This document shows, one piece after another, positions 61,471 to 64,000 of a stretch of DNA of 64,000 nucleotides. Location of the stretch: positions 78,707,738 to 78,771,737 of the forward strand of contig NC_057711.1 in the NCBI RefSeq assembly GCF_004010195.1. The letters are read 5' to 3'. The DNA comes from Chiloscyllium plagiosum (Eukaryota). Numbering within the stretch: the first letter of the stretch is position 1; each line of letters opens with the position of its first letter. A program made the translations under genes and the position numbers. The notes beneath the pieces are model-generated. The model made no database searches, had not been told where the DNA came from, and was given only the letters and a program-made list of their open reading frames with translations.

Positions 61471-63845
61471 CTACCAAGAATCTTTCCATTGACCCAGTAT
61501 TCTGCCTTCCTGTTATTTATCCCAAAGTGAATTACCTCACATTTATCTGTATTGAACTCCATTTGCCACCTCTCAGCCCAATTCTGCAGTTTATCCAAGT
61601 TCCCCTGAAACCTGCAACATTCTTCCACACTGTCCACCACTCCATCAATTTTAATGTCATCTGCAAAGTTACTAATCGATCCACCTATGCCTGCATCCAA
61701 GTCATTTATAAAAATTACAAACAGCAGTGGTCCCAAAACTGATCCTTGTGGCACCCCATTAGTAACCGAACCCCGGGTGAATATTTTCTGTCAACCACCA
61801 CTCGTTGTCTTCTTACAGAAAGTCAATTTCTAATCCGAACTGCTAAATCACCTTCAATCTCATGCCTCTGCATTTTCTCCAAAAGCCTACCATGTGGAAC
61901 CTTATCAAAGGCTTTGCTGAAGTCCATGTACACCACGTCAACTTCCCTACCCTCATCCACATGCTTGGTCACCTTCTCAAAAAACTCAGAGGTTTGTGAG
62001 ACATGACCTGCCCTTGACGAAACCATGTTGACTATCTCCAATGAAATTGTCGCTTGCTAGATGATTATAAATCCTATCTCTTATAATCCTTTCCAAACCT
62101 TTTCCTACAACAGATGTAAGGCTCACTGGACTATAATTACCTGGGTCATATCTAATATCCTTCTTGAACAAGGGCACAGCATTTGCAATCCTCCACTCCT
62201 CTGGTACTAAACCTGTAGACAATGATGACTCACAGATCAAGGCCAAAGGCTCCACCATCTCCTCCCTAGCTTCCCAGAGAGTCCTTAGATAAATCCCATC
62301 CGGCCCAGGGTACTTATCTACTCTCATGCCTTCCAGAATTGATAACACCTTAACTAACCTCAATCCTTTCTAGTTTAGGAGCCTGTATCTCCATCTTCTC
62401 CTCAACAATATTCTCCTTTTCCTGTGTGAAAACAGATGAGAAATATTCGCTTAGCACCTCTCCGATCTCCACAGGGTTCACACATAACTTCCCACTTCTG
62501 TCTTTGACTGGCCCTACTCCTACCCTAGTCATCCTTTTATTCCTCACAAACCCATAGAAAGCTTTAGGGTTCTTCTTTATTCTACCTGCTAAAGACTGCT
62601 CATGTCCCCTCCTTGATCTTCTTAACTCTCTCTTTAAATCCTTCCTAGCTAATCTGTAACTCTCCATCATCTCATCTGAACCATCTTGTTTCAACATCAC
62701 ATAAGCCTCCCTCTTCTGCTTAACAGGAGATACAATTCCTTTAGTAAACCACGGTTCCCTTACCTATCAATTCCTCCCTGCTTGACAGGGACATACCTAT
62801 CAAGGACACGCAATATCTTTTCCTTAAACCAGCTCCACATTTTGATTGTCCCCATTCCCTGCATTTTGCTACCCCATTCTATGCATCCTAGGTCTTGCTT
62901 AATTGCATTATAATTGCCCTTCCCCCATCTATCGCTGTGGCATGTACCTATCCCTTTCCATCATTAAACTAAACATAATCGAATTATGGTCCCTCTCTCC
63001 AAAGTGGTCATCTACCATTCAATCAAACACCTGGCCTGGTTCATTACCAAGTACCAGATCCAATGTGGCCTCCCCTCTTGTTGGCCCTTTGACATACTGT
63101 GTCAGGAAACCTTCCTGCACACATTGGACAAAAACTGATTCTTCCAATGAACTAGAGTTATAGCATTTCCAGTCAACGTTGGCGAAGTTAAAGTCCCCCA
63201 TAATGACCACCCTGTTCCTTTCACTCCCACATAGAATTGTTTTGCCAATCCTCTCCTCCACATCTCTGGAACTTTGCAGAGGCCTATAAAAAACTCCCAG
63301 CAGCGTGACCTTTCCTCTCCTGTTTCTAACATCAGCCTATATCACCACAGTAGATGAGTCCTCATCAAAAGTTATTTCAACCACCATTATACTGTCCTTG
63401 ACTAACAAACCCACACCTCCTCCTTTACCACCTTCCCTGATCTTAATGAAAGATCTAAATCCTGGAACCTGCAACATCCATTCCTAACCCTGCGCTATCC
63501 TTGTCTCCGAAATGGCCACAACATTGAAGTCCCAGGTACCTATCCATGCTGCAAACTCACCTACCTTATTTTGGATACTCCTGGCGTTGAAGTAGACACA
63601 CTTCAAACCAGCTTGCTGTCTGCCCGCACACTCCTGTGACCATGAAATCCTGTCCATATCCTCCTTTGCACCTGGAACTACACCACAGGTTCCCATCACA
63701 CTGCTAAGCTAGTTTAAACCCACCCGAATAACACTAGCAAATTTCCTACCCAGAATATTAGCACCCCTTTGGTTCAAATGAAGACCGTCCTGTTTATAGA
63801 GATCTCACCTTCCCCAGAATGAGCCCCAATTATCCATATACCTGT
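61471..63845 (-). mobile_element. CR1 LINE, ORF1 end through endonuclease and RT
   Basis: LKCVYFNARSIQNK...VAISET, VVIMGDFN...[42 protein letters not shown] and FADDIKI. Confidence 0.93.
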
Positions 63846-64000
63846 AGAGGTCCCACCTTCCCCAGAATGAGCCCCAAGCTTCCTGGATTGTCCTTATTTC
63901 CCCTTCTCAAACACAGGAAAAGCATTAGCTACTCACCAGTCCTCTGGGACCTCTCCACTGGCTAATGAGGATGGAAAGATCTTGGTGAAGGCCCCAGCAA

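Overview
Eukaryotic, AT-rich, repeat-dense DNA from a cartilaginous fish. HE1-type V-SINEs and shark-type CR1 and Penelope repeats point to an elasmobranch, possibly a carpet shark (inference). The only supportable host gene is phosphoserine aminotransferase PSAT1 on the + strand. Coding exons 2-9 lie at 18927-40861, all with GT-AG introns, and their sizes (61/70/206/173/170/129/138/106 nt) splice into an uninterrupted 350-aa frame containing the PLP lysine motif GAQKN. Exon 1 was not found and probably lies upstream of the window. The rest is decayed transposable elements: many CR1 LINE pieces (several nested), HE1 and other tRNA-derived SINEs, a Rex1/Babar LINE, a Gypsy pol relic, several solo-LTR-like inserts, and numerous Penelope-like elements (PLEs). 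The PLEs often form inverted-arm hairpins with 10-15 bp target-site duplications (TSDs) and carry minimal hammerhead-ribozyme motifs, the best-preserved pair lying in PSAT1 intron 5. I found no convincing wholly new system. The most interesting items are the hammerhead/PLE hairpins, long intronic inverted repeats, unusual residues in PSAT1 motifs, and a candidate stress-response motif cluster in intron 3. Family assignments and comparisons with human PSAT1 are from recalled sequences, not database searches.
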